NCBI GenBank assembly: GCA_965224085.1
Contig: CBDCYI010000011.1
Coordinates: forward strand, 1,024,001 to 1,088,000
Direction: 5' to 3'
DNA: 64,000 nt
Source of the DNA: Candidatus Marinacidobacterales bacterium
GTDB taxonomy: Bacteria > Acidobacteriota > Vicinamibacteria > Marinacidobacterales > SMYC01
The position numbers and the translations under genes were made by a program. Below the pieces are notes generated by a model, which ran no database searches, was not told where the DNA came from, and saw only the letters and a program-made list of their open reading frames with translations. Below, one piece after another: positions 1-9,916 of this stretch (its first letter is position 1; each line of letters starts with the position of its first letter).

Positions 1-9
1 CGCTCGCCC

Positions 10-981
10 ATGGTGGCGATCATGGTTGCGATGATCGCGGCCGTCGGTGCGTTGGTCGTGCTCGCTCTCGTCACAAGCTCCGCAAACGAGGAACCGCAGG
101 CCGCGGGGGCGACGAGCCCGGCTCCGGCCATGAACATCGAGCGGCCGGATGGGCCGATCCTCGACGAAATTGATGCGCAACTTGCCACCGGGAAGTATTC
201 CGACGCGATTGCCGCGTTTCGACAGCGTGACTACGACAGAGCCATCCCGATGTTCGAGGACCTCGCGCGTGATTTGCCCCATAATCCCCGCGTTCTGCAA
301 TTTCTCGGGCTCTCTTACTTCCACAACGGGGAATTTGCGCGCTCCAAACAGACGCTTGCTGACGCGCGCGAGATTCGGCCCGACTCTTTTGAGCTGTTGG
401 ATCACTATGTGACCGCGTGCAAGAAGGACGGCGACGACGAAAGCGCCTTCGCTGCTCTCCAAGACTTCGTCGATCGTCACCCGCAAGAGCTCGAAGCGAT
501 GCTGGAGCTCGCTCGGATTGCCCGGGCCACGGGCGACGAAGACGTCGCGATAGGGCAGACCGAGTACCTGGCGACGACTCGAGAGGCGGACCCCGAGTTC
601 GTGTACGAGTACGGCGTCAGTCTCAAAAACGCGGGGCAATTGGACGAAGCGAAAACGGTGCTCCGGAACTCGATCGAGCTCGACCCGAGCTCCGCTGCGG
701 CGCATCATGCGCTCGGCGTCACCGAGCTCATCTCAGGAAACGCCAGCGGTGCCGTCGCACCTCTCGAGCAAGCCGTCGCGGCCGCTCCGGACAACGGCGA
801 CTACCACTTCAGCCTCGCTCAGACCTACGAGGAGCTGGACCGCATTCCGGAATCTTTGGCGGCCTACGAAGCATATGTGCAGCATGCGCGCCCCGATGAC
901 GCGCGCGCCCCTATCGTGCGCAAACAGCTCGAGCTCGCGAAAAAAGCGCTCGCCGAGCGCGAAAGGGAACGGACGGAGTGA
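10..981 (+). CDS. Membrane-anchored tetratricopeptide-repeat (TPR) protein; true start may lie upstream of the window
   Basis: N-terminal hydrophobic helix followed by repeated TPR-like helices (e.g. AHHALGVTELISG, YHFSLAQTYEEL). Confidence 0.8.
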   Translation: MVAIMVAMIAAVGALVVLALVTSSANEEPQAAGATSPAPAMNIERPDGPILDEIDAQLATGKYSDAIAAFRQRDYDRAIPMFEDLARDLPHNPRVLQFLGLSYFHNGEFARSKQTLADAREIRPDSFELLDHYVTACKKDGDDESAFAALQDFVDRHPQELEAMLELARIARATGDEDVAIGQTEYLATTREADPEFVYEYGVSLKNAGQLDEAKTVLRNSIELDPSSAAAHHALGVTELISGNASGAVAPLEQAVAAAPDNGDYHFSLAQTYEELDRIPESLAAYEAYVQHARPDDARAPIVRKQLELAKKALAERERERTE

Positions 982-988
982 ACTCAAC

Positions 989-1017
989 TTGTGAAGACCC
1001 GGCTCGTGACGTAAAAT
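989..1017 (+). promoter_or_regulatory. Putative sigma70 promoter upstream of 1129 gene
   Basis: TTGTGA-N17-TAAAAT. Confidence 0.4.
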
Positions 1018-1128
1018 ATGGTATCGCTAAAACTAGGAATCGCGGGGGGGCTTCTTGGGGTTTTCTCTTGGCTTCCCGCGACCTGCAGCCACTGAGCCAT
1101 TGATCGAATGAGCCGAGGAGGGAACGTG

Positions 1129-1653
1129 ATGCGAGGATTTCGAACACTTGCACTTGCCGTCGTCGTGTTCGCGATGAGCGTCGGGTTTGCGACTGCTCAA
1201 TCGCTAGCAGAGCTTGCGAAGAAAGAAAAAGAGCGACGTGATGGAAATCCATCCGAGGCGAAGCGAGTCGTTACCGATCGTGAGCTGACTCGAGGCTATG
1301 GCGAGCTCTCGACCCCATCTCAGACTCAAGAGGGCGGAGGCGAGGCCACAGACGCGGCCACAGACGCGGCGTCTGACACCGAGGAGAGTGAAGAGCAAGA
1401 GGACGAGACCCAGACTGAAGAGCACTGGCGAAACCGCGTGAAAGGCGTGAAAGACAAAATCGCGCGCCTGGAACAGCCGATGAGCTCCGAGGATTGGGGC
1501 GACGGCCAGCGGGTCGGGATCGATCCACGCGGTCAGAATAGTCTGGCCTCTCGTGAAAAAGCGTCGCAAGAGCTTGCCGCGTCGCGCGCGGAGCTCGAGG
1601 CTATTCGGGTCGAAGCACGTAAGGCTTCTGTGCCGCCGGGCTGGGTGCGATAG
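1129..1653 (+). CDS. Secreted coiled-coil hypothetical protein (paralog of 7263..7766)
   Basis: GAGGAGG RBS; signal peptide ending ATA-QS; SLAELAKKEKERR N-motif and C-terminal ARKASVPPGWVR. Confidence 0.75.
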   Translation: MRGFRTLALAVVVFAMSVGFATAQSLAELAKKEKERRDGNPSEAKRVVTDRELTRGYGELSTPSQTQEGGGEATDAATDAASDTEESEEQEDETQTEEHWRNRVKGVKDKIARLEQPMSSEDWGDGQRVGIDPRGQNSLASREKASQELAASRAELEAIRVEARKASVPPGWVR

Positions 1654-1713
1654 ACACGCCACGAGCGGCGAGCTTCATGATAACGGCGGGGTGAACGTCG
1701 AGAAGGGGCGGAT

Positions 1714-3138
1714 GTGCGGACGAAAGCGGCGGATGTGCTCGTCGTCGAGGATCGAGACTCTCTTCGAACGATGCTTCGCCGCGCGCTCACAGCCTCCGGC
1801 TATACGGTGCTCGAGGCCGCGAGCACGACGGAGGCTTTGCGTTTTCTCAGAAGCACCCGCATATCGGTCGTGCTCACCGATCTGAGACTTCCGGGAGGCA
1901 CGGGTATGGACGTCTTGAGGGCGTCGCGCGACGCCGACGCCAACATGCCCGTGATCGTGATGACGGCCTACGGGACGATTCAAGACGCGGTCTCAGCGAT
2001 GAAAGACGGAGCGTTCGATTTTCTCGCCAAGCCTGTGGACACGGATCACCTTCTCGTGCTCATGGAACGGGCGGTCGGACAGCGGCGACTCGTGATGGAG
2101 CACCTTATTCTCAAAGAGGAATACGCGGCGCGCTACGGCTTCCCCCGAATCATCGGTAAAGATCCGGCGCTCGAGAGAGTGAGCCTCGACCTTCAGCGAG
2201 CCGCGAGCTCGGAAACGACCGTGCTCTTGCTCGGCGAGAGCGGCACCGGCAAAGAGCTTTTTGCGCGCGCTCTCCATCAGCTGAGCGCGAGGCGTGACGG
2301 TCCCTTCGTCGCCATCAATTGTGCGGCGATTCCCGGCGACCTTCTCGAGAACGAGCTCTTCGGGCAGGAGAAAGGCGCCTATACCGGCGCCAATGCGCGA
2401 AAGCTCGGAAAGCTCGAGCTCGCAGAGGGCGGCACCGTGCTCCTCGACGAGATGGGCGAGCTTCCATTCGAGCTTCAGGCGAAGCTTTTGCGCGTGCTCC
2501 AGGAACGGTCCTCCGAGCGTGTCGGCGGCACACGAACACTACATGTCGATGTGCGCATCGTGGCGGCCACGAATCGCGAGCTGAGGCGAGCGGTCGAGCG
2601 AGGAGAGTTTCGGGAAGACCTCTATTTTCGGCTCTCGGTCTTTCCCATCTCGATTCCAGCTTTGCGTGAACGGCGCGGTGACATCCCTTTGCTGGCGAAG
2701 CATTACCTGGATGCATTTTGTCGCGATCTGAACAAAGCTCCGGTTGCGATTCCCGACGCGTGTATGGAAGCGCTGATGAACTACGACTGGCCGGGTAACG
2801 TTCGGGAGCTCGCCAATTGTCTCGAGCGCGCCGCGATTTTGTGCGACGACATTCGCTTGGACGAATCGCAGCTAGGACTCGGTGGCGATCGCGAACGTGG
2901 GCCCGCTCGTACGTTCGACCTTCATGGAACACTGGCCGAAGTGAGCCGGCGTGCGTCGACGGCTGCGGAGAGCGAAAAAGTCGGGCAGGTTCTCGACGAA
3001 GTCGGCGGCGATCGCCGTCGTGCAGCGGATCTCCTATCCGTGAGCCAAAAGACCCTGCTTCAGAAGATGCGCGATTTCGGCCTTGCCGAGAAAGCGAAGG
3101 AAGCCAAAGATCGAACCCCCCTGCGGACGGGAGTATAA
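1714..3138 (+). CDS. Sigma54-dependent response regulator (NtrC/AtoC/PilR family)
   Basis: Receiver domain (VVED, TDLRLPG, TAYG, KP), AAA+ GESGTGKE, GAYTGA loop, LLDE Walker B, WPGNVREL, C-terminal Fis-type HTH. Confidence 0.95.
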   Translation: MRTKAADVLVVEDRDSLRTMLRRALTASGYTVLEAASTTEALRFLRSTRISVVLTDLRLPGGTGMDVLRASRDADANMPVIVMTAYGTIQDAVSAMKDGAFDFLAKPVDTDHLLVLMERAVGQRRLVMEHLILKEEYAARYGFPRIIGKDPALERVSLDLQRAASSETTVLLLGESGTGKELFARALHQLSARRDGPFVAINCAAIPGDLLENELFGQEKGAYTGANARKLGKLELAEGGTVLLDEMGELPFELQAKLLRVLQERSSERVGGTRTLHVDVRIVAATNRELRRAVERGEFREDLYFRLSVFPISIPALRERRGDIPLLAKHYLDAFCRDLNKAPVAIPDACMEALMNYDWPGNVRELANCLERAAILCDDIRLDESQLGLGGDRERGPARTFDLHGTLAEVSRRASTAAESEKVGQVLDEVGGDRRRAADLLSVSQKTLLQKMRDFGLAEKAKEAKDRTPLRTGV

Positions 3139-3140
3139 CC

Positions 3141-4214
3141 ATGTATGACGTGCAACAGCAACCGCCGTGCTTCAAGAGCGAGAACGAGCGCGGCTTTACC
3201 CTTATCGAGGTGCTCATCTCGATTGCCATCACGGTGGTTGTCATGGCCTCGGTCTTTGCTCTGCTCACCCGCGGTCAACGTTCGTTCCAAAGGGAGCCGG
3301 AAATCGCGGATCTGCAGCAGAACGCCCGCAACGTGCTCGATATGGTGTCGCGCGACATTTTGCAGGCGGGCGCCGGCTTGCCACCCGAGTTCCCCGCTTT
3401 CACCCAGAACGGAGGCGATGGAGCGCCTGCGGATAGTATCGAGATGATTGGGGCGTTGCAGCGTCCGGGACAGACCTTTCTCGTTCCTGAAGAAGTAGGG
3501 AACATCGTCGTCGTCGGCGCGTGCCCGAGCGTTTGCGCCGAGGTCGTGAGCATGACGACGAACTTCGAACCCGGTGACGTTCTCGTGCTTTACAACGACG
3601 TTCCCAACGAGAACCCGATCGGTTCACAGTGGGCGATGGTGGAGGTGGTGTCCGTCGACGAGAGCCAGCCCTTGGCGCTCATCGAGCTCGATTTCGCGAC
3701 CCACGCCGCTTACAGCTTCCACGGGTCCCCTCCGGCGGTGGCGGGGAACGCGGCTGCGGTCGACCCGGTTTTGTTCGGGGGTTTTCCGAAGCTGACTAGC
3801 GTCTCGGTCGTGCGCTACGACACATTGCTGGACGATCCGGCCGGCTATGCCGGCCCTCCGCCGCGGTTGGTCAGACGCAGCGTGGACGGGGCGATTCCGC
3901 AACCGGTGGGCTATCTGGAGGATTTCCAGATCGTCTATTTTATCGGTGTCACCGCGCCCGCACAGCAGAACTTCCCTCCGGTTCCCGTTACGGATATCGG
4001 TCCCCTCTTGCCGTTGACGGCAGAGAACATGTTGTCGAGTGTGCGCGTCACGGTGACCGCGCGCTCCATATCGGCGAATCTCGAGGGCGCCTCTGAAGGT
4101 GCGGATGCCACCAGCATCGCGGACAATTTCATCCGCAAAACGTTCTCGACGAACGTGAATCCCCGGAACTTGAGCGCGGCTCTCGAGATTCGCGCGGTGG
4201 CTGTCGCCCCGTAG
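3141..4214 (+). CDS. Prepilin-type N-terminal cleavage/methylation protein (PilW-like minor pilin)
   Basis: ERG|FTLIEVLISIAI class III signal; ADLQQNAR...DILQAG typical of PilW; ATG 2 nt after regulator stop. Confidence 0.85.
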   Translation: MYDVQQQPPCFKSENERGFTLIEVLISIAITVVVMASVFALLTRGQRSFQREPEIADLQQNARNVLDMVSRDILQAGAGLPPEFPAFTQNGGDGAPADSIEMIGALQRPGQTFLVPEEVGNIVVVGACPSVCAEVVSMTTNFEPGDVLVLYNDVPNENPIGSQWAMVEVVSVDESQPLALIELDFATHAAYSFHGSPPAVAGNAAAVDPVLFGGFPKLTSVSVVRYDTLLDDPAGYAGPPPRLVRRSVDGAIPQPVGYLEDFQIVYFIGVTAPAQQNFPPVPVTDIGPLLPLTAENMLSSVRVTVTARSISANLEGASEGADATSIADNFIRKTFSTNVNPRNLSAALEIRAVAVAP

Positions 4215-4333
4215 CGGGTTTTGTCGGTCTCGAATGCCTGCCCGGAGGCGTCCGTGCCTCTCGGAGCGCTCGAGCCCGGCGTTCGAGGATATACACGCGC
4301 GTTTCCTCGGAGCTCCTTTTCGAGGGTCCCGGC

Positions 4334-4363
4334 TTGACAATGCCGCTGCGCGGTCCATAAACT
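4334..4363 (+). promoter_or_regulatory. Putative sigma70 promoter of argF-like gene
   Basis: TTGACA-N18-TAAACT. Confidence 0.55.
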
Positions 4364-4452
4364 CTAGCGTATAAGGGCTTATATCGCTCTGCGTCGTCTT
4401 TGGTCACTGGTCGGTGCGGCGTGTCCACACTCTGAATCGACTACCCGACGCC

Positions 4453-5376
4453 ATGGAGCCCAAGCATCTCATCTCGATCCGAGACCTGAGCGCGGGAGAT
4501 GTGTCCGAAGTGTTTCGGCTCACGGTGGATCTCAAAGCCACGCCTGACCGCTTTAGAACCTCTCTCGCAGGGAGGACGCTCGGTTTGTTTTTCCAGTCGC
4601 CCTCGACGCGAACGCGCACAGCTTTCCAAGTCGCCATGTTCCAGCTCGGCGGGCTCGCGATCGATCTCAACGATCGCGACATGCAAACATCTCGGGGTGA
4701 GTCGATGGCGGACACGGCGAAGACACTGTCACGATACTTGGACGGTATCGTGGCGCGCATGCGCAGCCACGCTCACCTCGTCGAGCTCTCGCGAAACGCT
4801 GACGTGCCTGTCATCAACGGCCTTACCGACCTCTTGCATCCGTGCCAGGTGTTGGGAGACTTTCTCACGCTCATCGAAAAAAAGGGAAGTCTCACGGGCC
4901 GGAAATTGGCCTATGTGGGTCCGGGCAACCCTATGTGCCATTCGCTCATCTATGGGGCGATCAAGTCCGGGATGAATGTCGTGGTAGCCTCTCCCCCCGG
5001 ATACGAGCCGAAGGCGCTCATCGTTAAAAGCGCCAATCGCGAAGCGAGCGCGGCAGGCCTCACGATCTCCTTGACCGACAACCCGACCGCAGCCGTGCAA
5101 GACGCCGATGTGGTATATACCGACGCATGGGTCTCCATTGGCCAGGAGGCGCAAGCCGCGGATCGGGTCGAAGCGTTGGCGCCTTACCAGGTCAACCCAG
5201 CGCTCATGAGCGAAGCGAAGCCGGACGCACTGTTCATGCACAGCCTTCCCGCGCATCGCGAAGAGGAAGTGACTAACGAGGTCATCGACGGCCCTCAGAG
5301 TGTCGTATTCGAACAAGCCGAGAATCGCTTGCACGTCGCCAAAGCCATCCTGATACGTCTTTTGTCCGGCCTTTGA
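4453..5376 (+). CDS. argF: Ornithine carbamoyltransferase-family protein (several non-canonical motifs)
   Basis: STRTR, HPCQ, YTDAW, QAENRLH motifs; HSLP in place of HCLP. Confidence 0.8.
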   Translation: MEPKHLISIRDLSAGDVSEVFRLTVDLKATPDRFRTSLAGRTLGLFFQSPSTRTRTAFQVAMFQLGGLAIDLNDRDMQTSRGESMADTAKTLSRYLDGIVARMRSHAHLVELSRNADVPVINGLTDLLHPCQVLGDFLTLIEKKGSLTGRKLAYVGPGNPMCHSLIYGAIKSGMNVVVASPPGYEPKALIVKSANREASAAGLTISLTDNPTAAVQDADVVYTDAWVSIGQEAQAADRVEALAPYQVNPALMSEAKPDALFMHSLPAHREEEVTNEVIDGPQSVVFEQAENRLHVAKAILIRLLSGL

Positions 5377-5440
5377 GCCGAGCTCAGCCGGCCCGGGCAA
5401 GAATAACTACCGACTCTTGGACGCCGACGCATCAGGACCC

Positions 5441-6118
5441 TTATGTCGTTCCGCGATGGATGGCGACGATCCCTCCCGTGAGTGTCTGGTAGCTCGGATC
5501 TTCAAAACCTGCGTCCAGCATCAAACCGACCAACGTATCGGGATCGGGGAAGCCGATAATCGATTCGGCGAGGTAGCGATAAGCCTCGCCTTTTCGGCTC
5601 AGCAGGTTTCCGAGCTGCGGTAGCAGAGCGTTCAAGTAGAACCGGTAGGGTTTCCGTAGCCACCCCTTGGGATGCGAGAACTCGAGGATGGCGAGCGTAC
5701 CGCCGGGCACGAGGACGCGGCGGATCTCCCGAAGGCCCGCCGGCATATCGGCCAGGTTACGCACGCCGAACGCGACGGTCGCGGCGTCGAACACGCCATC
5801 GGGAAAGGGAAGCGAGAGGGTATCCGCGGCTGCCACCCGAATGGGCACCCCGCTCTCACGAGATTTGTCGCGGGCGCGCGTCAACATGTTCCATGTGAAG
5901 TCACAGGCGATGCAGCGCGCTTGTCGCGCCAACTCGAGGGCGAGGTCACCTGTGCCGCAGCAAAGATCCAAAACACGCTGATCGCGTTCTAGCTCGAGAG
6001 CTTCGACGACCGCGCGGCGCCAGGAGCGATCAATGCCGAGGCTCAGCACGTGGTTCAGAAGGTCGTAGCGCGGCGCCACACCTTCGAACATCCGGCGCAC
6101 CGCGGAGGCTTCAGGCAT
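5441..6118 (-). CDS. ubiE: Ubiquinone/menaquinone biosynthesis C-methyltransferase
   Basis: YDLLNHVLSLGID..WR, VLDLCCGTGD, AFGVRN, LEFS, YRYLAESI; ATG overlaps aroB stop. Confidence 0.93.
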   Translation of the reverse strand: MPEASAVRRMFEGVAPRYDLLNHVLSLGIDRSWRRAVVEALELERDQRVLDLCCGTGDLALELARQARCIACDFTWNMLTRARDKSRESGVPIRVAAADTLSLPFPDGVFDAATVAFGVRNLADMPAGLREIRRVLVPGGTLAILEFSHPKGWLRKPYRFYLNALLPQLGNLLSRKGEAYRYLAESIIGFPDPDTLVGLMLDAGFEDPSYQTLTGGIVAIHRGTT

Positions 6119-7227
6119 CAGCGTCCCACACCGAGGATCGATAGCGCCCACGCGATTTCGCTCTTTGGAAAATTCTCCACGATTTCCACGCGCCCGAGCC
6201 CCACCGGCAGAATGAAGCGGAGCCCTTCTTTGCTGCGCTTCTTGTCCTTTCGGACTGCGGCGAGAACGCGGCTTTTTTTGAGTCGCCCGAGAGACGGGAG
6301 CGGCCCGACGTTGCGAACCGCGGAGCTCAGCCGCCGCGCTAGCGCAGTCGTGATCGTGGCGCGCCGCTCAGCGAGAGCTATGGCGCCGAGCATGCCCCAT
6401 CCGACAGCTTCGCCGTGACGAAGCCCTTTGTAGCTCGATGCCGCTTCCAGTCCATGGCCGATCGTGTGCCCGAAATTCAATATTCGACGAAGCCCGTGCT
6501 CGTGCTCGTCTTGTCGGACGACGTCGAGCTTTGTACGAACACCGTCACCAATAGAGAGTGCGAGCGTCTCCGAGCCGATGGAAAGCGCCTTCTTCTCCAT
6601 ACGCTTCAGCAATTTGGGCGCGGCGACGAATCCGTATTTGATGAGCTCGAAGAAACCAGATACCAGATCGCGCGGCGGGAGCGTCGCGAGAAGCGTTGGG
6701 TCGATCCAGACGGCGCTCGGTCGATAGATCGACCCGATGAGATTTTTTCCCAGACGATGGTTGACGCCGACTTTGCCTCCGATCGAGCTGTCGATCTGTG
6801 CGAGGAGCGTCGTTGGGAGCTGCGCGAAGGGGATGCCGCGCAGGTACGTCGCCGCGACAAAGCCTGCCGTATCGCCGACGGTGCCGCCGCCGAAAGCGAG
6901 CAGCGCGTCGTCGCGCGTGAACCCGTAACGGAGGAGCCCGCCGTAGAGGCGCTCGACGGTCGCGAGGCTCTTGTTTTCCTCGCCCTCCGGCATCGAAAGC
7001 GTTACGTGGGCAATTCCGGCGCGAGCGAGGCTCGCCTCGAGACGAGCCCCATGGAACCGTCTCACCTGCGCCTGGGTGACGACCGCTACCCGTCCACCTG
7101 GCCAGAGCCGCCGGAGAGCGTGCCCGATATCATCCACGTAGTCGTTCGCAAGAACCACCGGATACGGATCGCCGGGCCGATGTAGCCGGCGCCGTGTCGT
7201 TCTGCTCACTCTGCTCACTCTGCTCAC
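6118..7227 (-). CDS. aroB: 3-dehydroquinate synthase
   Basis: GGGTVGD, PTTLLAQIDSSIGGK, KNLIG, LNFGHTIGH, HGEAV, DKK. Confidence 0.95.
   Translation of the reverse strand: MSRVSRVSRTTRRRLHRPGDPYPVVLANDYVDDIGHALRRLWPGGRVAVVTQAQVRRFHGARLEASLARAGIAHVTLSMPEGEENKSLATVERLYGGLLRYGFTRDDALLAFGGGTVGDTAGFVAATYLRGIPFAQLPTTLLAQIDSSIGGKVGVNHRLGKNLIGSIYRPSAVWIDPTLLATLPPRDLVSGFFELIKYGFVAAPKLLKRMEKKALSIGSETLALSIGDGVRTKLDVVRQDEHEHGLRRILNFGHTIGHGLEAASSYKGLRHGEAVGWGMLGAIALAERRATITTALARRLSSAVRNVGPLPSLGRLKKSRVLAAVRKDKKRSKEGLRFILPVGLGRVEIVENFPKSEIAWALSILGVGR
7201..7227. repeat. Perfect 9-bp tandem repeat x3 (TCTGCTCAC) that includes the aroB GTG start
   Basis: tctgctcac at 7201, 7210, 7219. Confidence 0.9.
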
Positions 7228-7262
7228 TAATGTTTCGGAAGCTTATCAAAAACGTCCAAATA

Positions 7263-7766
7263 TCAGCGGATCCACCCAGGAAAGGCCCCGGCTTTGCGCG
7301 CACGCTCACGAAATGACAAGTCCAGCTTGTCGCGTTCCTCGCGGAGGCTTTCGAGCGATTCCTTGATGAGTGTGATGGTGGGATCGTCGTGCCGCCATCC
7401 CTTCCGCCGCGCAACGAGCTCCCGGCCGGACAGCCGTGACTCCAGCCTACGAATGCGTGCCTCGATCCGAGCCAACTCGCGATCGTGAATCATTTTCTGC
7501 CATCGCCAAAAGGCTTCGGCTTTGACGAGATCCGGGGCGGTATCCCGCCGGGATGGCGGAGGAGCCACACGCGCGCCGAGCTTTGCCGGTCGTCGCTGCC
7601 ATGCGTATCTTTCCAAATGCGCGTCTGTGAAGCGCTTTGTGCCGCGCTCGCTCGCCGGAAGGGCGTCGCGACGGTCGCGCTCCTTCTGGGCGATGCGCTC
7701 TAGATCGCGAGCAAGGACCGCTGCCGACAACGCACCTATACAAACGATGATAACCAATACTTTCAC
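7263..7766 (-). CDS. Secreted coiled-coil hypothetical protein (paralog of 1129..1653)
   Basis: GGAGG RBS; signal peptide; DLERIAQKERDRR; C-terminal ARKAGAFPGWIR. Confidence 0.7.
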   Translation of the reverse strand: MKVLVIIVCIGALSAAVLARDLERIAQKERDRRDALPASERGTKRFTDAHLERYAWQRRPAKLGARVAPPPSRRDTAPDLVKAEAFWRWQKMIHDRELARIEARIRRLESRLSGRELVARRKGWRHDDPTITLIKESLESLREERDKLDLSFRERARKAGAFPGWIR

Positions 7767-7887
7767 GTCGAGCCTCCTTTTCGAAAAACGGAAAAACGTT
7801 CTTTAACTCTCTAGACGACAAACGCCGCGCTCGACCTCCCTGTCGTAAAGAAATCGCCGAGTCCCGTGCTGTGCTACCGTCTTTCCC

Positions 7888-8559
7888 GTGAAGCCCCATC
7901 CTCCTGCCCGAAAACGTGGCCACGGGGCCGACGTCATGGCGGATTACCGCGCGCGCATGGTTGACGAGCATCTCGTGCGACGCGGCATTCAGGACCGTCG
8001 GGTTCTCGACGTGATGCGAAGTATCGAGAGGCATCGATTTGTACCCGAGGCGCGCTCTCACATGGCCTACGGTGACTTTCCCGTGGCGATCGGCAAGGGA
8101 CAAACGCTCTCGCAGCCCTATATCGTGGCCGTCATGACCGAGGCCCTGGAGCTCGACGGCGGTGAGACGGTGCTCGAGATCGGCACGGGCTCGGGCTATC
8201 AGACGGCTGTGCTTGCCGCGCTCGCGCATACCGTCTACACGGTGGAGATAAAACCCGAGCTTGCGCGCTCTGCCAGAGCACGTCTCGAAGCGATGGGCTA
8301 TGAGAATCTCTGCTTCAAGGTGGGAGACGGAAAAGTGGGCTGGGCCGATGACGCGCCGTTCGACGCCATTCTTTGTGCGGCGGCACCGAAGGTTGTGCCC
8401 GACGAGCTGCGGGCGCAGCTCGCGCCCTCCGGGCGTCTCGTGATCCCCATCGGAGGGGCCGAAGAGCAGCAGCTAGAGCTTCATATCCAGGACGCTGCAC
8501 TTGGCTCGGGTTTCCGCGTCCGGAGCCTCGGCGGCGTCCGCTTCGTCCCGCTCGTTTAG
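7888..8559 (+). CDS. pcm: Protein-L-isoaspartate O-methyltransferase
   Basis: RHRFVP, GQTLSQPYIV, VLEIGTGSGYQ, APFDAI, VRFVPL. Confidence 0.95.
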   Translation: MKPHPPARKRGHGADVMADYRARMVDEHLVRRGIQDRRVLDVMRSIERHRFVPEARSHMAYGDFPVAIGKGQTLSQPYIVAVMTEALELDGGETVLEIGTGSGYQTAVLAALAHTVYTVEIKPELARSARARLEAMGYENLCFKVGDGKVGWADDAPFDAILCAAAPKVVPDELRAQLAPSGRLVIPIGGAEEQQLELHIQDAALGSGFRVRSLGGVRFVPLV

Positions 8560-8638
8560 ACGACCCGCCAAAAATCGCGAATTCCGTGTACCGAGATCGA
8601 TAATTTACGCTTCGCTTTTCAGGTTTGATTGGCTACAA

Positions 8639-9412
8639 CTAGCTGTCGGGGTGCTGGCGGTCGCGTCCGAACACCCACGCGATGCCAATCGAGAGCACGT
8701 AGAGCGCAATCATCGGAAACGCGAGGAGCATCTGGGTCACGACGTCTGGGGGCGTGACGATGGCGGCGGTGATGAAGATGGTCAAAACGGCGTACTTGAA
8801 GTTACGCCACAAGAAGCCCGGCGTGACCAAACCGATACGAGCTAGGAGGAACACGACGGTCGGGATTTGAAAAACGAAACCGGTACCGAGGATCACGCGG
8901 CTATAGAAGCTGAACACTTCGGACACGGTCGGTTTAACAGCAATCATCGTTTCGCTACCGAACGTCGTCAGAAAATTTACCGCGGTGGGAAAGACCATGT
9001 AGTGGCTGAAGGCCGCTCCGAGCAGGAAGAAACAGGTGCCAAAGAAGATGAAGGGGACGGCGAATTTCTTTTCCGTCTGATAGAGCCCCGGGGCGATGAA
9101 AAGCCACACTTGGGTGAGCCACGCGGGAGATGCGATGAAAATGGCGATGAAGAACGACATCTTCAGATGCAGCAAGAAGATCTCGGGTACCTTTGTCGCG
9201 ATGAGCTCGCCGCCTTCGGGTAGGGCCATCGTCATGGGCCCCATGAGGAACTCGAAGATCTGGGTCGAGAACGTGAAACACAGAACGAAGGCGACGGCCA
9301 GGCTGACGATGGCGAAGATGATGCGACGGCGGAGCTCGTCAAGATGGTCCAGAAAGGACATCTTCTCCGGAGACGTGTCTTCCGGAGGCGGTAGCGCAGC
9401 AGTCTGAGCCAC
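8639..9412 (-). CDS. tatC: Twin-arginine translocase subunit TatC
   Basis: MSFLDHLDELRRR, QVWLFIAPGL..E, FQIP, AAIVTPPD. Confidence 0.96.
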   Translation of the reverse strand: MAQTAALPPPEDTSPEKMSFLDHLDELRRRIIFAIVSLAVAFVLCFTFSTQIFEFLMGPMTMALPEGGELIATKVPEIFLLHLKMSFFIAIFIASPAWLTQVWLFIAPGLYQTEKKFAVPFIFFGTCFFLLGAAFSHYMVFPTAVNFLTTFGSETMIAVKPTVSEVFSFYSRVILGTGFVFQIPTVVFLLARIGLVTPGFLWRNFKYAVLTIFITAAIVTPPDVVTQMLLAFPMIALYVLSIGIAWVFGRDRQHPDS

Positions 9413-9753
9413 TAAACTTTCGTTTCGTGCGGCTGTTTGGCCCCGTCTTTAGCTTCGCCTTTATTTGGGGGATCGATCGCGGATTCGACGGCGAGGTCGA
9501 TCTCTGTCGCCTTTTTGACGGCTTCCTTCGCTTCCTGCTGAAGAGTTTCGATCGGCTCCATGATCTCCTTGCGGGTCTCCTCGACGCGGATCTCTTGCTC
9601 GAGGGTGCTCCGGAGCTCGTTGCTGGCGCGTTTGAACTCGGCAATGCTTCGTCCCAGCGATTTTCCGAGCTGGGGGAGCTTTCTAGGGCCGAACACGATC
9701 AAGGCAATCACGAAGATGATGATAAGCTCTTGCATCCCGATAGGGCCTAGCAT
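9412..9753 (-). CDS. tatA: Twin-arginine translocase TatA/TatB-family subunit
   Basis: IGMQELIIIFVIALIVFGPRKLP...EFK; coupled to tatC; TatA versus TatB not resolvable. Confidence 0.88.
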   Translation of the reverse strand: MLGPIGMQELIIIFVIALIVFGPRKLPQLGKSLGRSIAEFKRASNELRSTLEQEIRVEETRKEIMEPIETLQQEAKEAVKKATEIDLAVESAIDPPNKGEAKDGAKQPHETKV

Positions 9754-9916
9754 GGCAAAATCCTCCTGACGCCTGTTGGCGCTTATTATAAGACGAAGCC
9801 CCCGGGACCACCAATCGCCGAAAAGCCCCGCAGATTTTACTTGAGATCGGCTCTCTGCTAGGATGGGGCAAGATGGATATTGTCGGCAAAACTCTACTCA
9901 TTTGAGGCGGTTGTTC

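Noticed and set aside
2817-3140. Long N-terminal extensions in ORF track (2817, 27150, 29236, 56246 starts)
   Set aside because: They overlap neighbouring genes; downstream starts give proper signal peptides or RBS
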